A stretch of DNA of 64,000 bases from Vicugna vicugna (GCA_013265495.1 MU058844.1:10872184-10936183), one strand, 5' to 3'. Counted from the stretch's first letter, positions 23,386 through 38,000 are shown. Notes: generated from the sequence alone by a model not told the origin. A program made the numbers and translations.

Positions 23386-26300
23386 GCGGCCTGCATGAAG
23401 CAAGGTGCACTTCTTCCTGCAACTTCGGATCAGGAATCCGGATGGCACTGAATTCACACACCTTGGGTTACCTTCCAAGATGGGTGAATGAAATTTGCTT
23501 CTTCATGAAATCTGGAGCCCGGTGCTCTTGCCCTCCTCACTTTCCCTTCAGCTACGTTCAGGGTCAACAGCTATAAAAAAGCTCCATGTTTGGTCTTAAT
23601 TGCAGTCTTTTCGTTTCTCATAGGCAAATGAAATCAAAAGACTTCTAATCCAGGACAGCACCAGGCAAACTATGACGAGAGCAAGGTTTGGGGGTGGGGG
23701 TGGGGGGCTCTCAGATTCTGTTCTTCCCCTTCTTCCCTTGGGCGGTTATGATTCTTCTGTTTCTCTCCTTGTCTCTCAAAACTTAGTCTTGGGCAAAGAT
23801 TTGACAGTAGTCAATTTCTAACTTGTTCTGAATTTAAATCCACTTGGTTCTTCCTTGTTAAGTGTGGACTGAAGGCTCTGAGCTCTTGTAAAGTTACTTT
23901 AGCATGAGTCACCAAAGAGGACAGGGAACTCTAAAGGCCAATCTAAACTGACTAAAGCTCTTCCTCGAAGCAGCTGCTTCCACTGACTTTTCATTGAGTG
24001 ACAGGGTGAGGGGATACAGTGACCACCACATCCCCTGAAAGACACACCTCTTCTTCCTCATTCTCTCTTCCTTCCCACCATCCTCTCACCGCAACTCCAC
24101 TCTTTTCTTCTCCACTTCCCTTTCCAAAACAGGGAACAAGAAAGAGGAAAAGAAATGGGAAAGAGACAGGTTTAGGGTACAAGTCAGCTTCTCGGAAGGA
24201 AGAGGATCACCTTGGTACACGCGCCTCCTCTGACCATCACTCAGAAACTCAAGGGAAGAGGAACAAAGGACCATGCTCCTGCTCCTACTTTTTACAAGGA
24301 AAACAGGCCCACCTTCCCTCAATGCACACTCACTGAACATCTAGCAGTCTAGAATATACAATTTAGGCCAAACAGAAAGGCCTGATACGTCAAGAATTAC
24401 ATGATCCATAGATGTCCCAGGACTTTATCTCTTCTTTTCATTTTCAGGACTCTCTGAAATATTCATGACAGAGTCCTACTGGGTGATCTGGCTGGGCCTT
24501 CCTAATTGAATTGAAAACTGCCGCAGTGACCACAGGAATGACTTCTAGGGACCACGCTTTTGCTCCAAGAACAGCTTTCTCAGCTACTGCTTATTAATAC
24601 AGGGTAGGCCCTTCACCCCAAATAGGAAAGTCAAATCACTTTCCTGCTCATTTGGAATTTGAATTGAGAGATGCGTGGAATTAAACTGCTGCACCTCTAG
24701 GAGAATTCTAGAAGCCTGGAGAACGTATTCTTGCCACTGAGATCTCTGCCAATGCATTAACTCCCAGTCTCCCCGAGGTGTGAAAGCTTAATGCTTCCTT
24801 GGATTCTGTAGATAGCCCAGTGTCTTTCTGATAATGTCACCGAGATTTATGCAAACTCACATGGTTTCAGGGACTTGCCATTCAAAGATTCCTGTTTCAT
24901 ACTGTGACCAGGCTGAGAATCAATCTGTGAACAATCCAATCCTTGTTTTTCTGGGTTTCTTTTAAGCACTGTATTTCCAAAGCCACTTGTGTGAGTTTAT
25001 CTGTGTTCTTTATCTCTCTGGTTAATTTGATCCATTTTCTATATTTTGCTAAAGTGGATTTGGGTGGGTAGGGTAACAGATGGACTTGTAGGGTTTGAAA
25101 CTAGACTCTCTGGCATCCTCAAATCTTACTGTGCTTTGGGGTCATTCTTACATATGCTGTTAGAGGTAGTATTCAGAAACGGATCTCCTGACCATCTAAG
25201 AGTGTCAATACGATCTTTCTGAATTTTGAGGCTCTTCAAGAATACCTTTTACTATTAGCAACAAAACTTACCACTAAGGGAAGTTTAAAGCTCTTCCCAG
25301 GGCTGTAACAAAGTTCTAGTAAAACAGAACTTTCAGAAACCTAGTAGAGTTCCCATTTCATGCTTTCCTCCTAATTAGTATCAATATACTGTAGCTTTTA
25401 TTCAAAAAGAGAGGTAATTTTGCAAGGTTATCCTATAAAATTCTGGAACCAACCGTTCTCTTTGGTAAAAACTGATGCTTAGTAACATTCCCCTAAGCTC
25501 AACTCATGGCTGTAGAGGTGATCAAGGGATTCTCTTGAAAGCAGCTGGACAGTGATAGGAAACAGAGGTTGTATTCATTGAAAATTACTTTTAGTGTCTA
25601 CCTTTTTATAGTTGACCAAAATGCACTGAAGCACTGAAACATAAATGTTACAGCAAAGGCTGCCAAAAATCTTCCAGTGCTCTTAAAATAACTGACATGA
25701 AGGTGGAAAGGAGTAAGATTATACTCATTATTGTATCTGTAGACCTTTCTGTAACAATAATGGGCAGAGACAGACCTAGATTATTAGTGAAACTGACATA
25801 CGGAAAACAATAAATTCAGTTCAGAAACTTCAGGTAAGCTTTGGATTCTAAAAGTGTATGATGTTACACAGTAAAAGAAATCAGTCTTTCTCCAGGAAAG
25901 ACTGTCATTGTCAATGTAAATTAAGACTGAACCCAAATAATAACACAGCTCATTCAAACTGCAATTAATTTGGAGATTGGTTACATGTTTGAGGCTACTT
26001 CTTACTCCTTTTTTCCTTCTGGCGAACCCGGCAGCAAATGCTGGAATTGTGCACAGATTCGAAGGAGACTGGGTAAAATCCTCCATCCATCTTCCCCAGA
26101 CGAATCTACTTGCGAGAACCAACAGATGTAGATAGTTAATAGAAATTAATCTCTTTCTGTTATTCAGCCTTCCATTGCTTCATTCTAACATTGACTACAC
26201 TGATGTCCTAAGATACGTGGGCAAAATGCTGCTGTAATACAATTTCTTTGCTGCTAGAAATGAAAGCTCTTGAGATAGCTCTTGCTTACATAGCTGCTTC

Positions 26301-26641
26301 GGGTGATTACATCTTTACACAGATGTTAATTACTCTCCGGAGAAAGCTGCCCAAAGCATCAGGTGAGTAACGTAATCTTACAGTGGATACCAAAGAGTGA
26401 CTCAGGGCTATTCTGTATGATGGATATTATTTCTCACCCTTGTTGAGATCCGAATTCCTCTCTGATGAATGTAGGGCGAGTGGCAAACCCTTTATAAATG
26501 GTAGCCAGCTAATGAGCAAAATGGGTTACTTAAAGTAGATAGACACACTAGCTTTTAGCCTACTCCAAAGCTTGGGCCCAGCTTCAGTGAGACCAAAGAC
26601 ACACAGCTTACTAAGCTGGGAAGTCTTGTTAAAATTTCCAT

Positions 26642-26817
26642 CAGCGGTTCTCAGACTTCACTGTGCATTAGACTCCCTCTGGGAGAGTTTTAAAAATATT
26701 AATGCCTGGACCTCAGTTCAGTCCAATGTATTCAGGTTTCAGGAGCAGAACCCAGGCGCCAGTATTTTTAAAACTCCTCCAGTGATTCCACCACGTAGCC
26801 AAGGCTGAGAATCACTG
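26642..26817 (+). mobile_element. MER5B-like hAT-Charlie MITE
   Basis: Inverted ends CAGCGGTTCTCA ... TGAGAATCACTG; quasi-palindromic body 'gggagagttttaaaaatatt ... agtatttttaaaactcctccagtgattc'. Confidence 0.85.
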
Positions 26818-27753
26818 CCGTGGCTGCACTGCCTTGCTCGACTCAAGTCTAGAGTTTGGTGACGTCAGCGCTGCCATGGCAGGTGGGATGGTCAATCTGA
26901 AGGAACAATACAAGGTACCTCTGAAGGAAACAAAAGCCCTGCAGCCCTGGATAGTGATGGTTGAAAGCAATCATTTCAGAAATAACCACAGAACAAAGGA
27001 CTCCCTCCAAACAAAACACAATACTGCAACTCCCAAAGTAAACATGAAAAGAGCTAGAAACAGCAACAGAGCGTCCAGCGACTGTCTCATAAAGGAGCAA
27101 GCTACATAGATATCTACTCATCATTCTCTCCTCAAAATACAAAACAAAAAGAACAATAACGGAGGAAGAACTGTGACACTCTATTGATTGTAGCTGGTGC
27201 AATTAAAACGTTAAAGACTAACCTTGGTGCTTTGTTAATGCCTCAGGACACAGGGAAACTTTAGGTAGTTAAATTCTTTCAGAAGATCATTAGTATTAAA
27301 GACTGGGGAAGAAGGTCCTAGGGGAGACTAAATGACACTGGCAGGTCGAGTGAGAGAGAGAGTATCTGCCCAGGAAGAAATAAATACTGGGACAACATAG
27401 GAAGGAATTTGATGATTTTAATACCAAGCTGAGACCATACTTAAGAAAAATCGCATTCTTTAATGAGCTATCATGTTTTGTGTCACTCTACGCGTAAAAA
27501 GAAGCATTTAGCTTTCTTTGTTTTGCCACCAGCCTACTAGCAATCAGAAAAAATTTTACATGATTCTTAAGCATCCGTCGGCTTTGTCTTTAGCGCACGC
27601 CTAGTGTTGTGAATGGAATAGGAATGGAGAATATTTGTTAAATACAAAAGTGAAGAAAAGCATCAGCCCACATCATATCCTGGCTGAACTCACAGTCTGG
27701 ATATTTTAAGGAAATGTATACTGGATACAGAATATTGTCATCTTTAAAAGTAC

Positions 27754-27834
27754 TATTAGATTAAACGATATGAAATCACCATCCTTATAGATCACAAAAA
27801 GGATTCACATAGCAATTTCATATGGTCCAATATA
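27754..27834. mobile_element. MADE2-like mariner MITE
   Basis: ~80-bp element with imperfect inverted ends 'tattagattaaacgatatgaaatcacc' / 'agcaatttcatatggtccaatata'. Confidence 0.7.
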
Positions 27835-28689
27835 CATGCTTTTTTCCTTTCATTTGTTCTTTTAAAAATTTGGGGTGACATAAATGAGCACAGTCTGTTT
27901 AGTTTGAAAGCTTTTCTTTCCAGAAGCTGGATGTTATGGATATGAAACTGCTCCTAGAAAAACAAAAGTGGGGTCTCAGTGGAATAGCTGCATTTCTGGC
28001 CGAGCATCCACATCAGTAAGCAATATGTAAAAAAGCATACAGGACCTAATGTCAAAGGCTTCAGATATTCAAGGATGGCTGATTTGATGCATGCACCTGA
28101 TTTCATCCAGAATGTGGAAAATGATTATTCTGAAGGGAAAAGGCCAAACTCACAGAAAATAAAAATACAGGTGTTTGAACATTACGGTCCTTCTTTGCAA
28201 AATATACTATGCCCAAGATATCCTATACAGCTTAGCTGATATTTAAGCACACCTGCTTGTTCTGATAAGAAATATATTTTCCCATGGTTATGTTTTCTTT
28301 CACAGATTGGGGTCCAGGATAATTTAGGTCTAATAGTTTCATATGCTGTTTTAGGAAATAGAGAAATCTAATACAGGTTTAATGGCATTAAATATAGAGC
28401 TTTCAGAATGGAAGAGTTGTGGGTTGGAGCATGAGGGTTTATTAGTGTAAAGTAGCCATCTTGGTACTCATATAAAAAAAAAAAGTCAGAGAACAAACAT
28501 TTAAGTATGAAGAGGAAGCAAATCGAGAATTATCTCTGCAGTACTTTTAGCACCATGAATTTTGAAGAAAGATTCCTAAAAAGCCGTTCTTAAATAAACC
28601 AAATAAGGATACACGAAACTATTTGCTTTCTTCTCACGAGCATCCACCTGAATAGGCATTGGGAGTTTCTGTAGAGTACTTCACCTGGA

Positions 28690-28938
28690 CCTCAACAGTT
28701 CAGCTACTTTGCTTAATGCAACAACATCAGTAAGAAATACATTTTATAGCAGGACTCGGTCACACAGTGGAAATACGTAACTGAAACAAAAGTCTCACAA
28801 AACAATCCAATCCTCATTGCATCTGATGTAACTTACATTTTTGATTTTGTTCTATTTTGTTCCATTTAAAATGCTGGTCACACCACTAATTTGATTCTAC
28901 CACCAGTTAGGTCACCATGCCTTATTCAACAAGCACTA
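28690..28938. mobile_element. hAT-Charlie MITE (Charlie10-like)
   Basis: 'cagtaagaaatacattttatagc ... taactgaaacaaaagtctcacaaaacaat ... ttaaaatgctggtcacaccactaatttgatt' matches recalled Charlie10-type sequence. Confidence 0.65.
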
Positions 28939-31900
28939 TTTTAAATTATATTTTAATAGAACTTCACGCCACTGATAAACCAGAAGTCAAAATAGTTTGG
29001 AAAATCATCGCAACCTTGACATTTTGTCTTTGGAACGATGGCGGGAGGATACCTTTAAATTATTGCACCTAAAGGACAATATGCTGAGACGCCAATCACC
29101 TTGCCCAGAGTCACACGTAGCTGGCAGAGATCAGACTCACGTCCCGGCATAACCAAGTTCCGAAACTTATGAATATTCTACTCCTCCACAGTGACTTCCT
29201 GGTGACATTTGTTGCTTGTGGCTCTGGGCACAAGCAGGTAAGAAGCTATTCCTCTCCTTTCCCTACATGAAATGAATCTTCTTGACTACTCAGGTGACTT
29301 TGAGTTGAGGATAGGGTAATGGCATGAGTGGGACAATGACCTTGGTGAAGAGCCTGCTCCCCAGTCTACATTCTGAGCTCCCCAAATTCGGTTTCTAGGA
29401 AATAATGGCTCTTCACCTAATGACCCTCACTACACAACGATCAACCTTTTCCTCAAACGGTAATCCACACAGAGCCAAATCAACTTGGCATAAACATACT
29501 TATCCACAAAACAAGTCAGCCTGATTTTATAAAATCTCTAAAAAGATTCAGTGCTGAGGCACAACTGTCAATTTTATAAACAGCACCCAAATGATGAAAC
29601 CAAGAAAATTTGTTAACCTTTCTATGAACTCTTTCATAGAAAGGGCAAGGCTGAATGTTAGAGTTTTTCTAATCACATTTGAAAATCAGAATTATTTCTC
29701 TAGAATTTTCTTGGATAAAAACATCAGTGTATGATTTTAAATAAGTGATTAAAAATCTTTTTCACATAAAATGATTCTAAATGACTAACTCTTCTTTAAT
29801 TACAAATTGAATTTTACTTTTATCTGCAAAGTCCAAGGGAAACAAATTAATTATCTAGGGGTCCACAATTTTTTAATATCAATATTAGTTAACTGCAATT
29901 TTTTGGCATTAGCTATAGGCCCAAAAGACATGATACTCTACTATGAATGTTCCAAGAAAAAGAAAACACAGGGTTACCAAGGAATAAAAGTGATCTGAGT
30001 TAGATATAAAGGAAACATTTCTTTAAGATGTCATAAGATTCCCTTTTTAGAAAGCCTTGACAAATTTCAAAACTGCCTACAGTTAGGAAAGAGCTACATA
30101 AATTCTTGGCATTTCTTTTAATCTTCTGTTTTCCCTCAATTATTTTTTAGCTCGATAGTTATTTAAGATATATTCAAATGGAGTAACCAGAGAACTAAAG
30201 AGTTAAAATCTCTTCTAATTTTCACATTTTTTTTCATAATTGTTAGGTAAGAAAAATGCTGTTGTTCTGAACGAAAAAGTAACATAATACAAAGGGCCAA
30301 ATTCATGAAATTACTGTACCTTAAAAGTAAAACAAAGATTCTCCTAAGACCACTTGAGCTTGCTTTGATTCAATAATTTATTCCTTTACGTGTTTGTCAA
30401 AGACGTGCTGTCTGTCCCTTGTTGTTGGTGTTTGCCTTTGATACCAGTGAGGCTGAGCTGCAGCCTGCATCCTTAGATATCCCTCCAATATTAGTTTGAT
30501 ACAGAAGTTGGATGGATGTTTGAACAGCTAGTACATGTGGCTGTTCCTTTGTATTTTCCTTCTTTATTACATTTTCAGAATCAAAAGCAGATAAGCTCTT
30601 ACACCAGCCACTGTTATCAATATCAAGGCGACATACACAAAAGATATGTGAACAAAATGAAATTTGACATGTCACTAGGAGACAGGCTGTTGTCGGAAAG
30701 TACCAGATAATTAAATTTAAGAAGGAACCTAAATTTCGAACTTCTCACAATGCAGAGTGATATGGCAGACAGAGATAAGAATTTGGACTTAAAAAACTCA
30801 CGCAGATATCAACTCCCATTGTTTTTCCTATAATAGAGTGAACAGAACAAAGTAAGTGTGTGTCAGGACAGTGTAAGCTGGAGAGCCATGATTTAAATGC
30901 CAATGAGTTGCTAGGATTCGTTTTTGAAAAAAAAAAAAAAGAAATAATAGGAAAAGTTGTGGCAAATACACTTCATCATATTGCTTATTTACTTATCTCC
31001 CCAACAGAGATTATGACCTTTTGGAGGACAGAGGCATTTGTCTGTCTTTTATTTGCCGGTGCCACAGCGCTTGGCATATGGGAGATTCTCAGTCAGCGAA
31101 TGAACAGTTAATACCTACTAACCCTCCTCACGGAGGCAGCAGTGACAGGCCCTGCTCACATCACATACACAAGCTCATGTCTGAATATTATTCAATGACC
31201 CCTCTACTGAAGATGCACAGACCCAGAAAATTCTTCCCTGGAATTCAGTTTCTTCCATTTTCCTGTAAATTCTCTGAGCTCTCCTCCTAATATTTCTGAT
31301 TGTCTCGTTACTGATTCTTGAACAGGTCCGCCTATCCCCTCTCCCAGGCTGATTTCATCTCTGTTTCCTACTGATTTCATTCATTTCCCAGCACAGTCCC
31401 TGAATCAGGTGTGTTTACATCTGAACTCTTTCTTTTTTCCCTCAAGAATCTCTCTCTCTGGATCTCATTTATCCTGGGTACTTCCTGTTCCCCTTCCTGT
31501 TTTTCTCACCTCGCACACTACCTATGGTCTCCTCCTAGGCTGTGGAACACGCAGACGCATCGATCACATTTTGTTCATCTGAACAATTCTAATATCTACT
31601 TCAATTACTGTCACTTAGCAAAGATGCCACAAATCATCCTTGTGAGATTGGCTCCTTCTCCTGTCTCTATTCCAATTTGTACCTTTTAGACATGGAAGCC
31701 CAGAAGTACAGATACACTTCTTCCCCACAGGAAAAATTTTATTTGCATCTTGGTTCATAGGCAGATGATTAATTTCAAAGTTATAAAAACATAGTATGAA
31801 ATTGTAGGCCCTTGTGAAGTCATTCCATTTCTAAATAAAGAGGCAGCAGAGCACACACGTTAAGGACCCTGCAAGTATAAAAATGTATCTGCACATAAAA

Positions 31901-32284
31901 TCATTACAAACACATGAAAAAGCTAACTTACTGGCTCCTCTTGCATTTAGCGCCCCTCCTTACCCCAGCTACTACGTCTAGAAAAACACAGTCAAGTATT
32001 TTCATGTATTCTCTATTTTGAAGTAGAAAATATGCACTAAGAAGAAAAGTCACTAAAAGAAAGAAGGTGGACAGCTATGTCGTAAGCACAAATAGAAGAG
32101 TGAGATGGGAGGGATTTCTACGTGCAATTTATTATCCCAATAGGAAAAAAAAATTCCAACAAATGTCATTTAAAAAAATAAAAAGCTTACCACGAATCAC
32201 AGGATTTAAGTGTTAAATGTATTCTTAAAGATGACATGGACCAGTTGTTTTCAAAGTAACCTCATTTACAGAAGAGCAAATGAA

Positions 32285-32705
32285 TATGAACTGAGCATCT
32301 ACCTCCTAACACACACATGCTGCCACAGGTGCTGGGACCCATGGAGAGGAAAACAGACGTCTTGGACCTAACTGAGCGGGGAAGCGGGGTGCGGGGAGGA
32401 AACGACATATAGCTCCAAGCAAAAATGCATGCAGTGTTCGGTTAGTGGTAACTTCGATGCCTTAGAAGCAGCTACGTGAGTATGCACTACATATAGAGAG
32501 ACTTGGTGCAGGTGTGGCTGCTCCCAGGAACATGGTCAAGGTAAGCGGCTCAAAGAAAATGACACTGGAGCCAAGACCTGAATAATAAGAACTGATTGGC
32601 CCTGTAAAGATCGAACAGAGGTGATGTCCAGGCAGCATGGGCGGGGCCAGAGCCAAAGCCCGGAGGCACTTCAAAGATCAGACAGTGGAGGCTCCTGAAG
32701 GTAAG
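32285..32705 (-). mobile_element. L2 fragment
   Basis: 'ctgagcatctacc ... aggtgctgggacccatggagagg ... ggctcaagaaaatgacactggagccaagacctgaa ... tgttccaggcag'-like antisense L2 text. Confidence 0.6.
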
Positions 32706-33094
32706 GTGGCTACTACCCAGATCTGCTGAATTTAAGCCCACAGTAACCACTTGTAAGATGATGATGTGCTAGGCTCTGTTTTTCCCTAAGCGCACTTGAA
32801 AGCATGAAGTTACAGGAAATCATGTGTTGTGTGTGTGTATAATTCAGGTGATGAGAGATCATCTCTATTACAGTCAGCTTAAATTTGTTGGGTTACAGTT
32901 TTCTCTCACTTCTAGAAGCAGCTGATCCGTAGATGATACTCTAGACTCGGTAAATACATGATTTTGTTCTTCCAGGGGCCATGCAGAAAAAGGTGTTGTA
33001 GAGAGAGGGTGAAAGATATTTTGACTGTACAATGAATATATTTTTGTTGACATCATTTTGTCCTGAGTTTAAATGCCACCTACAAGCCAGTCTC

Positions 33095-33610
33095 CTGCAG
33101 CAGACATGGGTGGTTACCTTCCCTAGACATCCTAGCTTTTTTATTAATGATGGAACCCCAGCCATAAAAAATGACTCACTTAGCAAGTTTCAATAATATA
33201 ATACCCTTTGCTTTTGCAAGGGATGATGCGGAGATGGGCATTTGATATAGCTCAGGTCAAAAGGAACTGGAGAAGTCTGTTGGTAGTTTTCCAGAAAAAT
33301 TCTGCCCCCTAATCAGAAGTGAGAGCTAACAGAAAAAAATAAAAGCCCTCTGGGGCTGCACACTCTCCTGTCATTTATCCTGCCTTCCCTGTTGCCACAC
33401 GAGGGCATGATGCTTGGATTGCCAACACTGCAAACCTGGGGGACAGGCCAAGAGACTCTCACAGAACCTGACCCAGCGTTTTTACATCAATGACCTGCTG
33501 AATCAATCCCAGGACTCTCTAAACTGTAATAAAGAGACATAATAAAGTGACAAAACAAATGACAGTAATATTTATATTTAAGAAACTTCCGGAAAGGTGT
33601 TCTTTAATTT
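33095..33610 (+). mobile_element. ERVL-type solo LTR (LTR33-like)
   Basis: 'agaagtctgttggtagttttccagaaaa ... catgatgcttggattgcc ... gacaggccaagagactctcacagaacctgacccag ... ctgctgaatcaatcccagg' followed by aataaa. Confidence 0.6.
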
Positions 33611-33614
33611 GCTC

Positions 33615-34647
33615 CTGAGAGCATCTTACTTGATGCAAAACTTACTTTGATATTTCCATCCCAGTCTTTTCTCCTGGGGCCCAGCCTCCCATAGCTAACA
33701 GTCTGTTTGTCATCCCTTAGAAGTCCAATGAGAATCTCAAACCCACAATGTAAAAAAATAAAACTTGTTTTCTCCTCCCTTATCTGTTTCTTTTTTGAAT
33801 CTTCCTCATCACACTGATTGGTTTCACCAAGTTGTGAAAGGTAAAAACCTAGGATAATTCTTGATTTTCTTCTCACTTGCTCCTCATAACTAATCCATCA
33901 ACAGGTCAAATAGGTTCTACTTTGAAAATACGTCTCAAGTCTTTTTTACTTCTCCCCATGCTACTGCCACGAGCCTAATCAAAGCTACTCATCCTTTAAG
34001 AGCTGACAGCTTCCTGGCCTGCGTTACTGCAGTAATTTCCTACTGGTCTCCCTGTCTGTACTTCTGACACCTAAATAGATCTATAGAAGCGAGGATGCAT
34101 TTCCAAAATAGTCAATCCTTCCATAGTATTTTCCCACTGAACACCCTCCAGTGGTTTCCCTTCACACTGGGTAGAAAACCCAGACTCCTTGCCACTTCCC
34201 CCATAGCCCTGCACAACTGGGTTTCCACCTAACTCTTCAACTGCATCTCCAAGCACAACCCTTCTCTCCCTTCACTGGCCTCCTAGTTGGTGTCTTCTTG
34301 TTCCTTCCACCTTCTCTTTTCTAGGAGACGTTGTCAAGATTCTCCCCTTCACATCCCATAGGGTTGAACACATCACCTTCTCAAAGACACCGTCTCTGAG
34401 CAACCTATGTAAATCCAAATCTCGCCTCCCCGGTACATAGTACATCCACGTTTCCTCATCGGCACATGTCACTCACACACTTTATATGTTATGTGTCCAT
34501 CTTGTTTGCTGTCTGTTTCCCCAGGAGAATGTAAGCTCCATGAGGGCAGGGGTTTGGCCTATTTTGCTCACTGAGGTATCCCCCAGCACCAGGTATAATG
34601 CCTGACACAGTGTACCTGTTTAAGAAACATTTGTAGGATGAATGAAT
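33615..34647 (+). mobile_element. L2a LINE, ~1 kb 3' portion
   Basis: Continuous L2 text ending 'gagaatgtaagctccatgagggcagggg ... ttgctcactgaggtatcccccagcacc ... tgcctgacacag ... catttgtaggatgaatgaat'. Confidence 0.9.
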
Positions 34648-34819
34648 TAGTAAGTGACTGACAGAAAGAGGGGCAGTAACAAACCAGATTTCCCACCTAG
34701 ACTAGCACTCCGAACAGTCAGCGTTGGTTGACTAAATGAATAATTTGTAGCACAAGGCAAAATATCCCCCCACAGCTCAATTACCATTTCCAGCTGGCAT
34801 GACAGCTTACAGACTGGCT

Positions 34820-35050
34820 CTTACTGAGGATTTTTGCATCTACATTATGCATCTAGGACAGATAGTGGTCTGCGATTTTCTTTTCTTGTGCTGTCTTTCT
34901 AGCTTTGGTACTAGGGTTATCTGGGCTCATTGAAGGAGTCAGGAAGTATTCTCTCTGCTTCTGTCTTCTGGAAGAGAGTTTAGAGAATTGGTATAATTTC
35001 TTCCTTAAATGTTTGGTGAAATTCACTAAAGAACCACGTGGGCCTGGTTT
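34820..35050 (-). mobile_element. Old L1 ORF2 fragment (start of RT region)
   Basis: Minus strand reads PGP..(frameshifted)..NVDAKILSK, corresponding to L1 ORF2 PGPDGF...MNIDAKILNK. Confidence 0.85.
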
Positions 35051-38000
35051 TTCCTGGCTTTTTAGGATCCATTTTATATGTCCCTAATCAATATCAAACA
35101 GTAACTAGGTGTACAGAGTACTTTAGGTTCTGAAAGTTTTATATCTCATTGAACAGAGGAAGCAGGGACAGGTGATGTATCGTCTACAGGTTCTGATAAG
35201 GCCCTTGTGTACTTGTCTGGGATAAGGATATAGCCAAATGATACAACAAGAGGTGAGTAAAACAAGGAGCCCATATTCCTTGATCCAGCCTGAAAATTTG
35301 TGTTTTCTGTTTTTTTTCAAATTTGTCTGTTTTTATTTTTTAGTATCTTAGAGTCCAATGTTCTAGGCATATAGCTATGATGTCCTTTAACCAACATGTG
35401 ACCTCATGATTCCATCAGACTTAGAGCCCTCCTTCCATGTGACAGATACATCTTTTTGTCTAGGGGGAAAAAAGTGTACTATTTAGAATAAACATATACT
35501 TTATGAATGCCTATTTCTCTTGAAGATGGCACCGACTCATTAAAAGAAACATCTCTGGTCAAAGGAAGCAAAGAATGTCATTCTGAGTATCTTAGGGCTG
35601 TAGACTTAGTGCTTTTAAAAAATATAAATAAACATATTCACAAAAGCCAAAAAAAGAAAGAAAGAAAAAAAGATCTCAGGAAGTCTGCCTCCACATTTGC
35701 ACTGAACATAATAACATAATGCCTTCCCAGTGTTCACTGAAGAACACTTCCTGGTGCCTGAACCGACTCTAAAGACAGAAAGAAAAATGTGTTACCACAA
35801 TATTTTGAACAATGGCAGCACTTCTGAAATCCAAGGGGACCATAGTGAAGGGCAAAATTCATCTGAATATCAATTTCAGTGCATGAGCTTTTTGAAAAAA
35901 AGTTTTGTTATTTCATGGTCATGCTTTATGAAATTTTAGCATTTATTCATTCTGCATTGTGGCTTTTTGAAATAAAGAAATAGCAGAAACATTGAGGCAG
36001 TTCTCCGCCTATACTCAGAGGTGGACAATGCTGAAGGTATTTTTGGAAAAAAGAAAGATATGTATCTAATCCTTCATGTGTGTATGGAAAATCACTCATT
36101 GCAGCCCAGAATCCTATTACAGCGAGACTTATACACAAATATATATTCAATTTCATGAAGTAAGTTTCAGCACCCATACCAAACATATGGATGATTTATA
36201 TTCCACAAGCTAAAAAATGTAATTTCAGGACGTGAATGGAAAGTCTTTCTTAACGTGGAAGAATAATTCTTCCCATTTTAGAAGAAACCCGAAGTTCATT
36301 ATATATAAAAAAGAATTGTTAGTATTACAAACCTACTAACTTTTACTCTGTAGATAGAATTATTAATTAATTAAATATATTTAAATTTTACTTTCTGAAC
36401 AATAAATAATAGACAAAGGCAATTTTTCATCATTAGTGTGCTGGCTGCAACTCTGCAAAAGTTGTAACTTTTTGTTTCATTTTTTTTTAAAAAGAAGAAA
36501 AACTATAAACTTAAAAAAAAATGGAGAAAATGCAGTAGGTTTGTACTGTCACATGTTCTAAAGTATCAGAGATCTACAAACTAAATGGTGTATTAGAGAT
36601 ACACAAAAAGAAAGTGGAAAAAATGTTTGATGCAATATAAATTCAACTTTATGATAAACACAAAGATTATTTTTTATAAGGTCACATATAGGCATATAAA
36701 TCATCTTCCCTCTTCACCAGAGACATTTGTTTCAGCACAAAAACATAAGCTGTTCAATTTTTGGTTTGAATGCTCTTGTCTACACAGAAGAAACTGGTGA
36801 GAAAATATCCTGTCTGTTTACAACATAATGGAATCAGAGATTAGATAAGCACTGGACATTTGTCCACATGAAAAGCAGGCAAATTTGCATACAATTTTTA
36901 AAGTTTTATGTAATTTTTCCTCCCTTTGTGTTCTTTTAAATTTTCTCCCTCCTCCAATGTGCTTTTATAAAGAAAAGAACAAGGATGTGGTAAATAAAAA
37001 TAGATTAATGTAAATTATCCTAACCACAGAGAATTCTGATTAGATGAATACTTTTGGAAATTATTTCCTTTGCTGATTTCAGTAGCTTCTGTAAAGAGAA
37101 CATTTGGCTTCCAAAATAAACTTGAAGCATGATGACCATAAATCAGTTTTAAAGTCTTATTCAAGGGACTGAATTATAAAACTAAATTATAAAACAATTT
37201 CCTTACATTTATACTCAGAAGTAAAACAGCAGTAGCTAAAACTCCAATATTTTAAGAATTAAAAGTCCTAAATAACATAAAGAATTTGCTATCTGTCTTT
37301 GACCTGGAATGCGCCCATTTTATGGAGGGGTTTTGAGGGATGGTGAGCAGGACCACTCTAGCTATCCCTGTAGGAGCTCTTTCTTGAATACCATCACAGG
37401 GTGATCACTTCTCCTAGTTCACGTCAAAACAACCACTAAACCCAAACCATTAAACTGGTTATTCTCTGTACTCTGCTGCCATCTTGACGGCCACCATTTT
37501 GGAAACAGATTTTTTTTTTCCCTGAAAGATATATATTTTTCGGGGGTGGGGTGGGAATTCTCCCATTGCTCATTCAGTGTAATAACTAAGTCATAAAGTA
37601 ACTTACCACCTAGAAAATTGTGATGTTGGGCTCATACTTCAGAAAACCTTCAGATTTATTACCGTAAACCTTCCAAGTACAGTTTCAAAACCTATCTATT
37701 GATACATGAGAATTGGAAAGTAGTATAAAAATGTATTTCTCTATTGTAAGGCAGAATTATATAAAATTTTCCACAGAAGATAAATATCTGTCTCTTAACT
37801 AAGTTCAAGAACAGATGTCAACATTCTGTTCTATAGAACATCACATGATCTCATCTGCCACTCTTTTCTACAATTTAAACACATTTCTCCCTTTTGTCCA
37901 ACACTTCTTGTAATGGCCTATATTTACTTTAAATCCACATTTGATGCTCTTTTTTTTACCTCATTTTAACATCTTGAAATTTCTTTATTCTATTCTGATA

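Noticed and set aside
23690..23707. G-quadruplex candidate G5-T-G5-T-G6
   Set aside because: Only three separate G runs, so it is not a canonical four-tract motif.
24040..24170. Pyrimidine tract followed by purine tract (possible fold-back or triplex)
   Set aside because: Low-complexity sequence; pairing is imperfect and expected from composition.
27988..28239. ~83-codon stop-free + strand frame (..MADLMHAPDFIQNVENDYSEGK..)
   Set aside because: No recognisable protein and no convincing splice boundaries; this length is expected by chance in 64 kb.
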